64,000 nucleotides of DNA, from positions 54,008 to 118,007 of the forward strand of contig JAIOPG010000007.1 of the NCBI GenBank assembly GCA_021414025.1, in the 5' to 3' direction. Shown one piece after another: positions 12,725-24,237 of the stretch. The translations under genes and the position numbers were made by a program. The notes under the pieces are model-generated. The model saw nothing but the letters and a program-made list of their open reading frames with translations, did no database searches and had not been told where the DNA came from. The stretch is from Planctomycetota bacterium (GTDB lineage: Bacteria; Planctomycetota; Phycisphaerae; Phycisphaerales; SM1A02). Within the stretch, counting starts at the first letter, position 1; each line of letters opens with the position of its first letter.

Positions 12725-14395
12725 TCACGTTTTGGACGCCGCGAACGCCTCAAGGCAGCGATCGATCCGCCGCAAACTGCTGCTCTTTCCAAGGATCGCC
12801 AGCGTGTCGAAGATCGGCGGGCTCACCGTGGATCCGGTCACGCCCACCCGCAGGGGCTGGGCGACCTGGCCGATCTGCTCGGCCAGCCCCGCCGAGGCCG
12901 CCCATTCCCGGATGGACTCCTCGATGCCGGCGGGCGTCCAGGCGGCAACCCGCTCAAGCACGGCCCTGAGTTCCCGCAGCCGGTCCAGTCCGCTGGGCGT
13001 TCCAGCGAGCAGCGCCTTCTCGATCGACTTGGACTTCTCCCAGCTCACGGCCTCGTCGCCAAGAACCAGCCAGCGGTTGACGCGGAACAATTCATCCAGG
13101 GTCTTGCTGCGCTCGTGGCTGGCGTTGACCAGCAGGTTGAACTGCTCCGCGGTGATCTTCCGCATGAACTCGGGGTGGTAGGCCTCGCCGTGGGCCCGGG
13201 CCATGGCGCTGAACTCCTCGCGCGACAATTTTTGCAGCGCATCCAGGTTGAAGGCCAGCAGTTTGACGCGGTCGAACTTGGCGGGGGTCTTGAGCACCCG
13301 GTCCAGTGCAAAATGCTCGCAGAGGTAGGCGTTGTCGAACTTTTCCAGGTCATTGCCCGGCCCCCAGCCGTTGAGGGCGAGGAAATTGCACAGCACCTGG
13401 GGCAGGTAGCCGGAGCGGCGGAAATCATCCACGTTGATCTCGGGGAGGTCGATGCCCAGGGCGGCGGCCATCGCCGTGGCTTCGGCGAAATCCAGCTGCG
13501 AATTCTTGTCGCCCATCCATGCGGTGAACCGCGCCGGATCCACGGTGCCCGGCGGCGGCGCGGTGAGCTTCCGCTCCTGTGCAGTCTTGCGAAGCGCCTT
13601 GTCCTTGTCGCGCTTGCTCATCTTGCTGCCGTCGGGATTGAAGATGAGCGGCAGATGCCCGTAAGCCGGCCGGCGGAATCCCAGAGCGTCCTGCAGCACG
13701 ATGTGCTTGGCGGTGTTGTTGAAATGCTCCTGCGCCCGCAGCACGGTGGTCACGCCCATCAGTTCGTCGTCCACGACCACGGCGAAGTGGTAGGTAGGAA
13801 AGCCGTCGGCCTTGCGGATGACGAAGTCGTCGACCTCGCCCTCGGGCAGGGTGGCGTCGCCGAGAATCTCGTCGTGGATGGTGATCGCCCCCGCAGGCGT
13901 CTTGAAGCGGACCACGGAGGGGCGGCCTTCCTTGAGCCACGCCTCAACCTGGGCCTTCGAATGCGACTCGGACTTGCTGCGGTCATAGCGGTAGGCGACG
14001 TTGCGCGACTTGGATTCCTTGCGGGCCGCATCCAGCTCCGCGGCGGTGTCGAATGCGTGGTAGGCCTTGCCCTCGCGGACCAGCTGATCGAGATAGTTGT
14101 TGTAGGTCTCCAGACGCTCGCTCTGGAAATAGGGTCCGGCTTCGCCGCCGCCGCAATCCTCAAAGACCGGACCCTCCTGCCAGTCGACGCCGAGCCACTT
14201 CAGATCCTTCAGGAATCCCACGCTCGCGGCATCGCTCGATCGCTTCTGATCGGTGTCCTCGATGCGCAGAATGAATTTGCCTCCACGGCCCTTGGCGTAG
14301 GCCCAGTTGAAAAGAGCGGTGCGCGCGCCGCCCACATGGAGATGCCCGCTGGGGCTGGGCGCGAAACGGGTGCGAAGCGGAAGCGGCTTGGACAT
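12725..14395 (-). CDS. gltX: Glutamate--tRNA ligase
   Basis: Class I HIGH-type motif (PSPSGHLHVGGARTALFNW) and KMSKS motif (GSKMSKRD). The overall layout is GluRS-like. Confidence 0.9.
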   Translation of the reverse strand: MSKPLPLRTRFAPSPSGHLHVGGARTALFNWAYAKGRGGKFILRIEDTDQKRSSDAASVGFLKDLKWLGVDWQEGPVFEDCGGGEAGPYFQSERLETYNNYLDQLVREGKAYHAFDTAAELDAARKESKSRNVAYRYDRSKSESHSKAQVEAWLKEGRPSVVRFKTPAGAITIHDEILGDATLPEGEVDDFVIRKADGFPTYHFAVVVDDELMGVTTVLRAQEHFNNTAKHIVLQDALGFRRPAYGHLPLIFNPDGSKMSKRDKDKALRKTAQERKLTAPPPGTVDPARFTAWMGDKNSQLDFAEATAMAAALGIDLPEINVDDFRRSGYLPQVLCNFLALNGWGPGNDLEKFDNAYLCEHFALDRVLKTPAKFDRVKLLAFNLDALQKLSREEFSAMARAHGEAYHPEFMRKITAEQFNLLVNASHERSKTLDELFRVNRWLVLGDEAVSWEKSKSIEKALLAGTPSGLDRLRELRAVLERVAAWTPAGIEESIREWAASAGLAEQIGQVAQPLRVGVTGSTVSPPIFDTLAILGKSSSLRRIDRCLEAFAASKT

Positions 14396-14512
14396 GGCCC
14401 TAGCCTAGCCCATCGACAATGGGATGGGTCGGGTATGCGAGCCAACTCGCCGCGCGCCGCCGGGAACGTGCCCGAATCGGCCCGGCGCAGCCGGGAACGC
14501 GAGCGGCTTGCC

Positions 14513-15025
14513 ATGCCCGCAATTCGACGCGACGATGCGACGGTGAAACTCGGAATCCTTTCGGACAGCCACGGCCGTCACGAGCGCACGCGCAACGCCG
14601 TCCAGCTGCTGCTCTCGCGCGGAGCCGAGGAGCTCGCCCACTGCGGCGACATCGAGAGCGAGCAGGTGCTCGACCAACTCGCGGGAACACGTGCCCACCT
14701 GGTCTTCGGCAATTGCGACCCCAACTGGCGCGCGCTCAGTAACTACGCACTCGCACTAGATCTGCAGCCGCAGCATCCGCTGGCCCGCTTCGAGCTCGGC
14801 GGCCGGTCCTTCGCCCTGACCCACGGCCACGACAGCGCCTGCGTTGCCGCGGCGCTGGCGGAGCGCGTCGACTATCTGCTCCACGGCCACACGCATCTTT
14901 GCCGCGATGAGCGGCATGGCCCGACCCGGATCATCAATCCCGGCGCCCTGCATCGCGCCGCCGAATTCACGGTCGCATTGCTGGACACTGCGACGGATCG
15001 TCTGGAATTTCTCTCCGTAAGCTGA
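14513..15025 (+). CDS. YfcE/MJ0936-family metallophosphoesterase
   Basis: This is the C-terminal part of the 636-aa track ORF, which otherwise runs antisense to gltX. Motifs: LGILSDSHG, CGD, GNCD, THGH, GHTH. An alternative ATG at 14445 is possible. Confidence 0.8.
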   Translation: MPAIRRDDATVKLGILSDSHGRHERTRNAVQLLLSRGAEELAHCGDIESEQVLDQLAGTRAHLVFGNCDPNWRALSNYALALDLQPQHPLARFELGGRSFALTHGHDSACVAAALAERVDYLLHGHTHLCRDERHGPTRIINPGALHRAAEFTVALLDTATDRLEFLSVS

Positions 15026-15207
15026 GACGCGGTTGGCTGCGGATTCAGTTCGACCTGCACGAGAAAAAACGCCGGGATCGCTGAAACTTCGCGAAATTCA
15101 TTGAAGTTGCCTCGAACTCGGACCGACAAAATTGCTATGCTCAAACCTCGTTTGATCCTCGCCCTTTCGGGAGGATCGGTTCGGATTTCGCCCCAAAACC
15201 ACCAATC

Positions 15208-17382
15208 GTGAGAGAAGAAATGTCCCAGATGCGCATGTCCAATGACAGTTCCAAGACCGTCCAGCACGTCCGCGCCAGCGATGTTTTTGCCACCCTGACC
15301 TTCTGCGGCGACACCATGCTCAAGCGCCTGCCCAGCGACGTCTATGCCAGCCTGCAGCGGACCATCCGCGACGGCCGCCCGCTCGATCCGGCCGTGGCCA
15401 ACACCGTCGCCGTGGCGATGAAGGATTGGGCCGTCGAGAATGGGGCCACCCATTACTGCCACTGGTTCCAACCGCTCACCGGCATGACCGCCGAGAAGCA
15501 CGACGCCTTCCTCTCGATCCTCAGCGACGGCACCGCCATCGAGAAACTCTCCGGCGAGCAATTGATCCAGGGCGAGCCCGACGCCAGCAGCTTCCCCTCC
15601 GGCGGCATCCGCGACACCTACGAAGCCCGCGGCTACACCGCATGGGACGCGACCAGCCCCGCCTTCCTGCTACGCAATCCCAGCGGCGTGACCACCCTCT
15701 GCATTCCGACCGCCTTCGTCAGCTGGACCGGCGAGGCGCTCGACAAGAAGACGCCGCTGCTGCGCTCCATCCGCGCCGTCAACGACCAGGCCCTGCGCAT
15801 CCTGAAGTTCTTCGGCACCGACACCGGCGTGACCCAGGTCATCACCACCCTCGGCTGCGAGCAGGAATATTTCCTGGTCGACCGCGAGCTCTTCAATCGG
15901 CGGCTCGACCTGGTGATCACCGGTCGCACGCTGATCGGCGCTCCCGCCCCCAAGGGCCATCAGCTGGACGACCACTATTTCGGGGCGATCCCCGACCGCG
16001 TCATTCGCTTCATGACCGACGCGGAAACCCGGCTCTTCGAGCTGGGCATCCCCGTGAAGACCCGGCACAACGAGGTCGCCCCCGGCCAGTACGAACTGGC
16101 CCCGACCTACGAGAACGCCAACATCGCGGCGGACCACCAGATGCTCTGCATGCACATCCTGCGCATCACGGCGCGGCAGCACGGCTTTGAGTGCCTGATT
16201 CACGAGAAGCCCTTCGCCGGCGTCAACGGCAGCGGCAAGCACAACAACTGGAGCATCTCCACCAACACCGGCGTCAATCTGCTTGATCCGCGCGAGGAGA
16301 CCCACAACAACCTGCAGTTCCTCACCTTCCTCTGCGCCATCATCCGCGCCGTCGACACCAACGCCGCCCTGCTCCGCGCCAGCATCGCCAGCGCCGCCAA
16401 CGACCACCGTCTCGGCGCCAATGAGGCGCCGCCGGCCATCATGAGCATCTATCTCGGATCGATGCTCACCGACATCCTCGACCAGCTCGAGAATGGCGGC
16501 CCGAAGAAGACCATCCGCGGCGGCAGCCTGGACCTGGGCGAGAAGACGCTGCCCATGCTTCCCCGCGCCGCCAGCGACCGCAACCGCACCAGCCCCTTCG
16601 CCTTCACCGGCAACAAGTTCGAGTTCCGCGCCGTGGGCAGCAGTCAGAGCGTGGCCTGGCCCAACACCGTGCTCAACACCATGATCGCCGAGAGCCTGGA
16701 CCATGTCGCCACCGAACTCGAGAAGAAGGCCGGCAAGAATCCCTCGGAGGCCAAGATGGAATCCGCGGTCCGCGCCGTGCTCAAGGACCTGGTCAAGCAG
16801 CACCGCCGCGTCTGCTTCGACGGCGACGGCTATTCGGAGGCCTGGCACAAGGAAGCCGCCAAGCGCGGCCTGCCCAACATGCAGAGCACGGCGGAGTCCC
16901 TCCCCTGCTTCGCGACCAAGTCGGCGCGCGACCTCTTCTCCAAGTACGGCGTGCTTTCCCCGGTGGAACTGAAGGCCCGCGCCGACGTGCTCGTCGAGAC
17001 CTACGTCAAGGTGGTCCGCATCGAGGCCCGCACGCTCATCACGATGGTGAAGAAGACCGTGCTTCCCGTGGCCAGCAAATGGCAGGCCGAGCTGGCCGAC
17101 GTGGTCGGAGCCAGCCAGGCGGCCGGCATGGAATGCCCCGAGGACGAGGCCGCTCTTCGCGACTGGATGAAGAAAGTCTCCAGCCTTCGCGCCGCTTTGG
17201 CGGCATTGGAGCTGTCGGAAGCGCGGCATGTCGATGACGCCAACAAGCACATGCGCCAGGTGCGCGACGAAGTGGTGCCGGCCATGACCCAGACCCGGCA
17301 GGCGTGCGACGCGATCGAGCCGTGGGTGCCCAACGAGCTCTGGACCCTGCCGACCTACGCCGAGATGCTGCTGAACCGCTGA
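15208..17382 (+). CDS. glnN: Glutamine synthetase type III
   Basis: 724 aa, the typical GSIII length. N-terminal [11 protein letters not shown] region and GSIII-like catalytic core ([30 protein letters not shown]). Confidence 0.9.
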   Translation: MREEMSQMRMSNDSSKTVQHVRASDVFATLTFCGDTMLKRLPSDVYASLQRTIRDGRPLDPAVANTVAVAMKDWAVENGATHYCHWFQPLTGMTAEKHDAFLSILSDGTAIEKLSGEQLIQGEPDASSFPSGGIRDTYEARGYTAWDATSPAFLLRNPSGVTTLCIPTAFVSWTGEALDKKTPLLRSIRAVNDQALRILKFFGTDTGVTQVITTLGCEQEYFLVDRELFNRRLDLVITGRTLIGAPAPKGHQLDDHYFGAIPDRVIRFMTDAETRLFELGIPVKTRHNEVAPGQYELAPTYENANIAADHQMLCMHILRITARQHGFECLIHEKPFAGVNGSGKHNNWSISTNTGVNLLDPREETHNNLQFLTFLCAIIRAVDTNAALLRASIASAANDHRLGANEAPPAIMSIYLGSMLTDILDQLENGGPKKTIRGGSLDLGEKTLPMLPRAASDRNRTSPFAFTGNKFEFRAVGSSQSVAWPNTVLNTMIAESLDHVATELEKKAGKNPSEAKMESAVRAVLKDLVKQHRRVCFDGDGYSEAWHKEAAKRGLPNMQSTAESLPCFATKSARDLFSKYGVLSPVELKARADVLVETYVKVVRIEARTLITMVKKTVLPVASKWQAELADVVGASQAAGMECPEDEAALRDWMKKVSSLRAALAALELSEARHVDDANKHMRQVRDEVVPAMTQTRQACDAIEPWVPNELWTLPTYAEMLLNR

Positions 17383-17523
17383 ATCGGAAGTTTTTTGCGT
17401 CGATTCGACGATTTTTGGCGATTACCCAAGTTTCATCGACGGACCCGTCCCTCACGACGGGTCCGTTTTCATATACTTTCCGGCCCTCAAGCTTTCGCGT
17501 GAGTCCTTTCAAAAGAGAGATCC

Positions 17524-19053
17524 ATGAGCCCATCCGCCCCCATCGCCGAAACCAACCAGGTCAAAATTGAAGATGCGGGTCCGGCCCGCAAGCGCATCAC
17601 CGTCACGGTCTCCGCCGCGGCCGTGAAGGAGCGCCTCGAAACCGGCTACGGCTCCCTGAAGAACGAGACCGCGCTGCCGGGTTTCCGCAAGGGCCGCGCC
17701 CCGCGCGAGCTGCTCCAGCGCCGCTTCGGCGACGCGCTGCTGAAGGAGACCCGCGACCAGATCCTCTCGGAGGCCTACGGCCAGGCGATCGAGGCGAACA
17801 AGCTGCAGCCGGTCGGCGCTCCCGAAATCGCCCCCGAAAGCCGCGACGCGGCGATCGAGGTCGGCAAGCCCTTCACCTTCAGCATTGAGGTGGAGGTCGC
17901 CCCGGAATTCAAGCTTCCCAACACCGACGGCATCGAGGTCAAGCGGCCCATCTTTGAGATTGGTGATGAGCATGTCGACCTCGAGATCCGGCGCCAGGGC
18001 TACCGCTTCGGCAACGCGGCGCGTATCACCGGCCCCTTCCAGCCGCTGGACCGCCTGCTCTGCGAAGTGAAGGCCTACAAGAACAGCGAAGAGGAGCCCT
18101 TCTTCAGCAACGACCGCGCCTTGGTCGTGATTCCGGACACCGCCGACGAGGGCAAGGGTCAGCTGCTCGGCCTGATGGTCGAGGATCTGGGCCCGCGCAC
18201 CGAGGGCAAGAAGGTCGGCGACCACATCACCGTCAAGACCACGGGTCCCGACCAGCATGAGCGCGAGGATCTTCGCGGCGCCTCCATCCGCATCGAGCTG
18301 CAGGTCAAGGACGCCGACCGGATCGACCCGCTCTCCGAGCAGGGTCTGGCCGAGAAGCTCTCGCTCGACACCGTCGACAACCTCAAGGGCCAGGTGCGCC
18401 TTGCCCTGGAGCGCCAGCGCGACGCCGAGCAGCGCTCCGCCGAGCGCGAGCAGGTCTACGCCTTCCTGGCCAAGTCCGTGGACTTCCCGCTGCCGGAGAA
18501 GTTGACCCTGGCCCAGAGCACCCGCAACATCGAGATGGCCCGCATGGACCTGCTGCAGCGCGGCGTCGATCCCAACGAGGTCGAGACCAAGCTCGCGGAG
18601 ATCCGCGGCGAGAGCGAGGCCAACACGCAGCGCCGCCTGAAGCTCTTCTTCATCCTGGGCCGCCTCGCGGAGGAGATGAAGATCGACGTGACCGAAGCCG
18701 AGCTCAACGCCCGGATCGCCGGCATCGCCATGCAGCGCGGCACGCGTCCCGACCAGCTGCGCAACGAGATCGAGAAGGCCGGCAAGCTCAACGAACTCGC
18801 CCACTCCATCCGCGAGCACAAGACCGCGGATCGCATCCTGGAGAAGGCGAAATTCACCGACATCCCCGCAGAGCAATGGAACGACGAGCAGAACAAGCAG
18901 ATCGCCGGCAAGCGCGCCGCCCTGAAGGGAAAGGCCCCGGCGGCCGACAAGCCGCATGCCCATCACGGGAAGTCGGAGAAATCGCATGCTCCGCACGCGA
19001 AATCCGAGAAGCCGGATGACAAGTCCTCGAAATCCTCCAAGGCGAAGAAGTAG
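17524..19053 (+). CDS. tig: Trigger factor with Lys/His-rich C-terminal tail
   Basis: N-terminal ribosome-binding signature (LPGFRKGRAPRELL), then a PPIase-like middle and helical C-terminal arm. The extra tail reads KPHAHHGKSEKSHAPHAKSEK...KSSKAKK. Confidence 0.9.
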   Translation: MSPSAPIAETNQVKIEDAGPARKRITVTVSAAAVKERLETGYGSLKNETALPGFRKGRAPRELLQRRFGDALLKETRDQILSEAYGQAIEANKLQPVGAPEIAPESRDAAIEVGKPFTFSIEVEVAPEFKLPNTDGIEVKRPIFEIGDEHVDLEIRRQGYRFGNAARITGPFQPLDRLLCEVKAYKNSEEEPFFSNDRALVVIPDTADEGKGQLLGLMVEDLGPRTEGKKVGDHITVKTTGPDQHEREDLRGASIRIELQVKDADRIDPLSEQGLAEKLSLDTVDNLKGQVRLALERQRDAEQRSAEREQVYAFLAKSVDFPLPEKLTLAQSTRNIEMARMDLLQRGVDPNEVETKLAEIRGESEANTQRRLKLFFILGRLAEEMKIDVTEAELNARIAGIAMQRGTRPDQLRNEIEKAGKLNELAHSIREHKTADRILEKAKFTDIPAEQWNDEQNKQIAGKRAALKGKAPAADKPHAHHGKSEKSHAPHAKSEKPDDKSSKSSKAKK

Positions 19054-19065
19054 CCTTTTCCGGGG

Positions 19066-19392
19066 TTGACCGTGCCCACCACGCTGGCCGCGACCGACCT
19101 GTTCCGGCAGATTCTTCCATGGCTCGGAGCGCTGGTCGTGGTGGCGGTGATTGGCGGTTTCATCATGAGCGCCGCGCGGCGGATGTTGACAAGCGATGCC
19201 TCCGACGCCTCGGCTGAGGGATTCACGCTGCATGACCTGCGCCGGCTGAAGGAGCGCGGCGAGATCACGCCGGAGGAATACGAGCGGGCCAAGGCGAACT
19301 TCATGCACCAGGCCAACCCCGCGGCGGGACATTCTGCGCCGCCGGCCGATGGTGCAGACCGCAAAACCGGCGCCAAACCACCGGATCGGTAG
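19066..19392 (+). CDS. Small membrane protein with SHOCT domain
   Basis: TTG start (alternative GTG at 19072). One TM helix, then the SHOCT-like [25 protein letters not shown]. Confidence 0.6.
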   Translation: MTVPTTLAATDLFRQILPWLGALVVVAVIGGFIMSAARRMLTSDASDASAEGFTLHDLRRLKERGEITPEEYERAKANFMHQANPAAGHSAPPADGADRKTGAKPPDR

Positions 19393-19463
19393 TTCCTGCC
19401 GCCAAGGTCCGTCCAATAAGGAGAAGGGGTTCCGGTCATTCCGCCGATCATTCCATTTCCCCG

Positions 19464-20966
<1,503 letters not shown>

Positions 20967-20970
20967 CGCC

Positions 20971-21456
20971 ATGGCCAGCGCGCGGCCCTGGCGGGACATC
21001 GAATTGGAACTCGCGCGGATGTCGCGCGCATCTGCGGATCGCCGGAGGCTCATGCGCCTTTTCCTGGACGCCGCGTGGCCCCGGCTCAGGGATTGCGGCG
21101 TGAGTTGGATGGGTTTCTACGAAGCTGACGCACCGGACGCTTCCGCCACCTGCATGCTGCTGGCGGAACGCGAACCCAAGCCGGCCTGCAGCCCCATCGG
21201 GTTGCACGGCGCCTGCGGCTCCTGCTTCAAGACCGGCAAGACCCTTGTGGTGCGCGATGTCGCGGAACTTGGCAAGGACTACATCGCCTGCGATCCGAGG
21301 GACCGGAGCGAACTGGTCGTTCCCTGCCTTGAAGCCGGCGGCCGCCCCTGGGGGGTCCTCGACCTGGACAGTTTCGAGGTCGGCAGCTTCAACGAGGGCG
21401 ACGCCCGGATCGTTGAGACCCTGCTTGAACTTGCTCATTTGACCGTGAAATCTTGA
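20971..21456 (+). CDS. GAF-domain protein (YebR / free methionine-R-sulfoxide reductase-like)
   Basis: Single GAF-domain size. Pattern GFYEAD...CSPIGLHGACG...ACDPRDRSELVVP...GVLDLDS as in YebR/MsrC-type proteins. Confidence 0.75.
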   Translation: MASARPWRDIELELARMSRASADRRRLMRLFLDAAWPRLRDCGVSWMGFYEADAPDASATCMLLAEREPKPACSPIGLHGACGSCFKTGKTLVVRDVAELGKDYIACDPRDRSELVVPCLEAGGRPWGVLDLDSFEVGSFNEGDARIVETLLELAHLTVKS

Positions 21457-21485
21457 AATTCCGGCTGAAAACATCGGCCTATCAC

Positions 21486-21515
21486 TTGCACCCCCGATCC
21501 CGTTTCCAGTACACT
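21486..21515 (+). promoter_or_regulatory. Candidate sigma70-type promoter for rpmB
   Basis: TTGCAC (21486-21491), an 18-nt spacer, then TACACT (21510-21515). GAGGAG RBS at 21528-21533 precedes the ATG at 21542. Pattern match only. Confidence 0.3.
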
Positions 21516-21541
21516 CGACGACCCAACGAGGAGATCGAATC

Positions 21542-21823
21542 ATGCCACGCGTCTGCCACTTCACCGGATCCAAGACATCTTCTGGAAATGTTCTCAAGCG
21601 ACGCGGCAAGGCGAAGTACCTTGGCGGAGTCGGCATCAAGACCACCAGCGTGAAAAAGCGGACATTCAAGCCGAATCTGCAGAATGTCACGGCGGTCATC
21701 GATGGCAAGCCCACCCGCATCAAGGCCAGTGTTCGCGCGATCCGCTCCGGACTGGTCGAGAAGCCCCTTCGCCGCAAGTTCGTCTACACGCGACCTCGCA
21801 AAGAAGCCGCCGCCGGCGTCTGA
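21542..21823 (+). CDS. rpmB: 50S ribosomal protein L28
   Basis: MPRVCHFTGSKTSSGNVL..., then the RTFKPNLQ motif typical of bL28. Confidence 0.9.
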   Translation: MPRVCHFTGSKTSSGNVLKRRGKAKYLGGVGIKTTSVKKRTFKPNLQNVTAVIDGKPTRIKASVRAIRSGLVEKPLRRKFVYTRPRKEAAAGV

Positions 21824-22146
21824 TTCCTGAATCTCGCGGCATGGAATTGTCCCGTCGGTGAATAACCCCGATTTGGCTCTATTTTTGCCCTTCAATGGCG
21901 TTTTTTGAGCAATTGTTCAGGTTTCATCATTGACTTCGGGATTTTTCGGCGTAACTTTCCCCGTCCCTCGGCGAATCAAGGCTTCGATGACTATGCAGGA
22001 TCAAGGTCGATCCACAAACGCATTTCACAAGCAAACCTGCCTGCCGAGCGAATGTTGGACCCAGTTGTAGGTCCGTTTGGTCCGGTGGTTGAAGGTTTTG
22101 AGCACGGGAGTCCCGCGCTCAGAACGGCTCTTCCACGGGAAAAACG

Positions 22147-22177
22147 CCGCTCGATGCTCGCATCGGCGGAGGTTTTT
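22147..22177 (+). terminator. Terminator-like hairpin inside the long rpmB-dnaG intergenic region
   Basis: 9-bp stem CCGC(T)CGATG / CATCGGCGG with loop CTCG, followed 3 nt later by TTTTT. What it terminates is unknown. Confidence 0.3.
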
Positions 22178-22271
22178 CAAGGTCGCGGCCTTGAAAGGCT
22201 CTCGGTGGTTCCGCGGCAAACCCATGGACGGGTCTTGCATTGCAGGTGGTTCTTTTGAATGAAAGCAGGCG

Positions 22272-24197
22272 ATGGTGACTTCGCAACAAAGCGATCGCGA
22301 TCTCATTTTGGACGCAACCGACCTTGTGTCCCTGATCGGCGAGCACGTTTCTCTCAAGCCACGCGGCCGGGAGCACGTGGGGCTTTGTCCATTCCATGAC
22401 GACAAGTCGCCGAGCCTGGCGGTGGTGACCCACAAGGGAAGCGCCTTCTACAAGTGCTTCGCCTGCGGCGCTGCCGGAAACGCCATCGACTTCGCGATGA
22501 ACTACCACAAGATGGAGTTCCGGGAGGCGCTGAAGTTCCTGGGACAGAAGTGCGGCATCGCCCTGCGCGACACGCGCGATGACGCCCCCAAGAATCCCGC
22601 CACCAGCAAGGAGCTGCTCCGCAAGGCCATGGCCGCGGCCGTCAAGTTCTACCAGCGCTGCCTGGCCGACGACACGCTGGGCGCCGCGGCGCGCTCTCAT
22701 CTGGATGACCGTTCGCTCAGCGCCGAGACCCGCGAGGCGTTCCAGTTGGGCGCCGCTCCGGAAGGCTGGGATCATCTCGTGCGCCAGGTCGAGCGCCTGG
22801 CCAAGCACAACGCCAACACCGGCGAGAAGATTCCGCGCGAGAGCTTCGAGGCCCTGGGCCTGATCCGCAGCGGACAGCGCGGCCCGATGGATGGCTTCCG
22901 CAACCGCCTGCTCTTTCCCATCCACGACGAGCTCGGAAATCCGATCGCCCTGGGCGCCCGCCGCCTCGATCCCAACGACGAGCCCAAGTACCTGAACAGC
23001 CCTGATTCCCCGCTGTTTTCCAAGGGCCGCACGCTCTACGCCCTGCACCGGGCGCGGCGCACCATCATCGAGACCAAGCACGCGATCGTGGTGGAGGGCT
23101 ACGTCGACGCGGTCGCCCTGCACCAGGCTGGCGTGACCAATGTCGTGGCCACCCTGGGCACGGCCCTCACCAGGGATCACGCGCGCTCCCTGCAGCGCAT
23201 GGCCGAGCGCATCACCGTGGTGTTCGATCCCGACCTCGCCGGCGAGCGCGCCGCCGACCGCGCCGTGGAGACCTTCCTGGCGGTCCCGGTCGACGTTCGC
23301 ATCGCCACCCTGCCCGACGGCCTGGATGCCGACGAATTGCTGCAACGAGCCAACGGCCTGGAAGAGTTCCACGCGGCGCTGGCCCGAGGCGAAGAGGCCC
23401 TCTCCTGGATGGTGCGCCGATTCAAGGCCAACCTCCAATCCTCCGAGGGCATGTCGGCGAAGCAGCAGCGCCTGCAGGAACTGTTGCGCAAACTCGGCGA
23501 GCTGGGATTTCGATCGATGGAGCCGATCCGCCGCAGCTTCGTGATGACCGAGTTGTCCAAGCTCACCGGCGTCGCGGCGCGCACGCTCGAACAGGCGATG
23601 CCGCAGTCGCGCTCCGAGCTGAAATTGAACGACACCGCGCCGGCCCCGGCCGCCCCGGCTCCGCCCTCCAGCGCCCGGCAGCGCGCCCGCCGGACCGCGG
23701 AGCGGAATTTCCTCGCGGCCCTCATGGCCGACCCGGACGCCGCGCAGGTCCGCGTGGCCCTGGGCGAAGAGGGCCTTCTGCCTGTTTCCGAGGCGTTCAC
23801 TCCGGAGCATTTCGAGCAGGCCGATCTGCGCCAGATCTGGAATCTGCTCGTGGAACGGCTTGAATCCGGACGACCCTTCCACGTGCAGGACGTGCAGGCC
23901 GACACCGACGATCCCGGACTGAAGGGCCTCTGCGTCGAGCTGTTCCAGATGGGAAGCGGACGCCACGAGGCGACGGATCCCTCGGAGGCCGTTCGCCGCA
24001 CCGCCGCTGAATTCGACCGCCTCTTGCACGACGCCGAACCGGCGCCGGACTCGAAAAGATTCCTGGACCCAGTCGACGCCGACGCCCGCCTTGCGCAATT
24101 GCGCCGAGGAGGCCATAACCCCACCGCCATCGCCCGAAATGCACGAAATGACGCGCGAACTGAAACCGCGACGCGAACGTCTGCGGATCTCTCTTGA
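22272..24197 (+). CDS. dnaG: DNA primase
   Basis: CHC2 zinc finger (CPFHDDKSPSLAV...YKCFACG) and TOPRIM region (VVEGYVDAVAL...DPDLAGERAA). Confidence 0.92.
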   Translation: MVTSQQSDRDLILDATDLVSLIGEHVSLKPRGREHVGLCPFHDDKSPSLAVVTHKGSAFYKCFACGAAGNAIDFAMNYHKMEFREALKFLGQKCGIALRDTRDDAPKNPATSKELLRKAMAAAVKFYQRCLADDTLGAAARSHLDDRSLSAETREAFQLGAAPEGWDHLVRQVERLAKHNANTGEKIPRESFEALGLIRSGQRGPMDGFRNRLLFPIHDELGNPIALGARRLDPNDEPKYLNSPDSPLFSKGRTLYALHRARRTIIETKHAIVVEGYVDAVALHQAGVTNVVATLGTALTRDHARSLQRMAERITVVFDPDLAGERAADRAVETFLAVPVDVRIATLPDGLDADELLQRANGLEEFHAALARGEEALSWMVRRFKANLQSSEGMSAKQQRLQELLRKLGELGFRSMEPIRRSFVMTELSKLTGVAARTLEQAMPQSRSELKLNDTAPAPAAPAPPSSARQRARRTAERNFLAALMADPDAAQVRVALGEEGLLPVSEAFTPEHFEQADLRQIWNLLVERLESGRPFHVQDVQADTDDPGLKGLCVELFQMGSGRHEATDPSEAVRRTAAEFDRLLHDAEPAPDSKRFLDPVDADARLAQLRRGGHNPTAIARNARNDARTETATRTSADLS

Positions 24198-24237
24198 CCG
24201 ATTTTTCCACCCTTTCACAGAGAATTGGAGCTGAACC

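Noticed and set aside
15119-15136. Possible sigma-54 (-24 GG / -12 TTGC) promoter upstream of glnN, considered because rpoN is in the window
   Set aside because: The GG and the GC of TTGC are 14 nt apart rather than the 12 nt of the TGGCAC-N5-TTGCW consensus, and the flanking bases do not match.
15026-15207. Glutamine riboswitch (glnA RNA motif) upstream of the glutamine synthetase gene
   Set aside because: I could not find the conserved pseudoknotted three-stem core sequence, only a simple hairpin. An Infernal scan would be needed to settle this.
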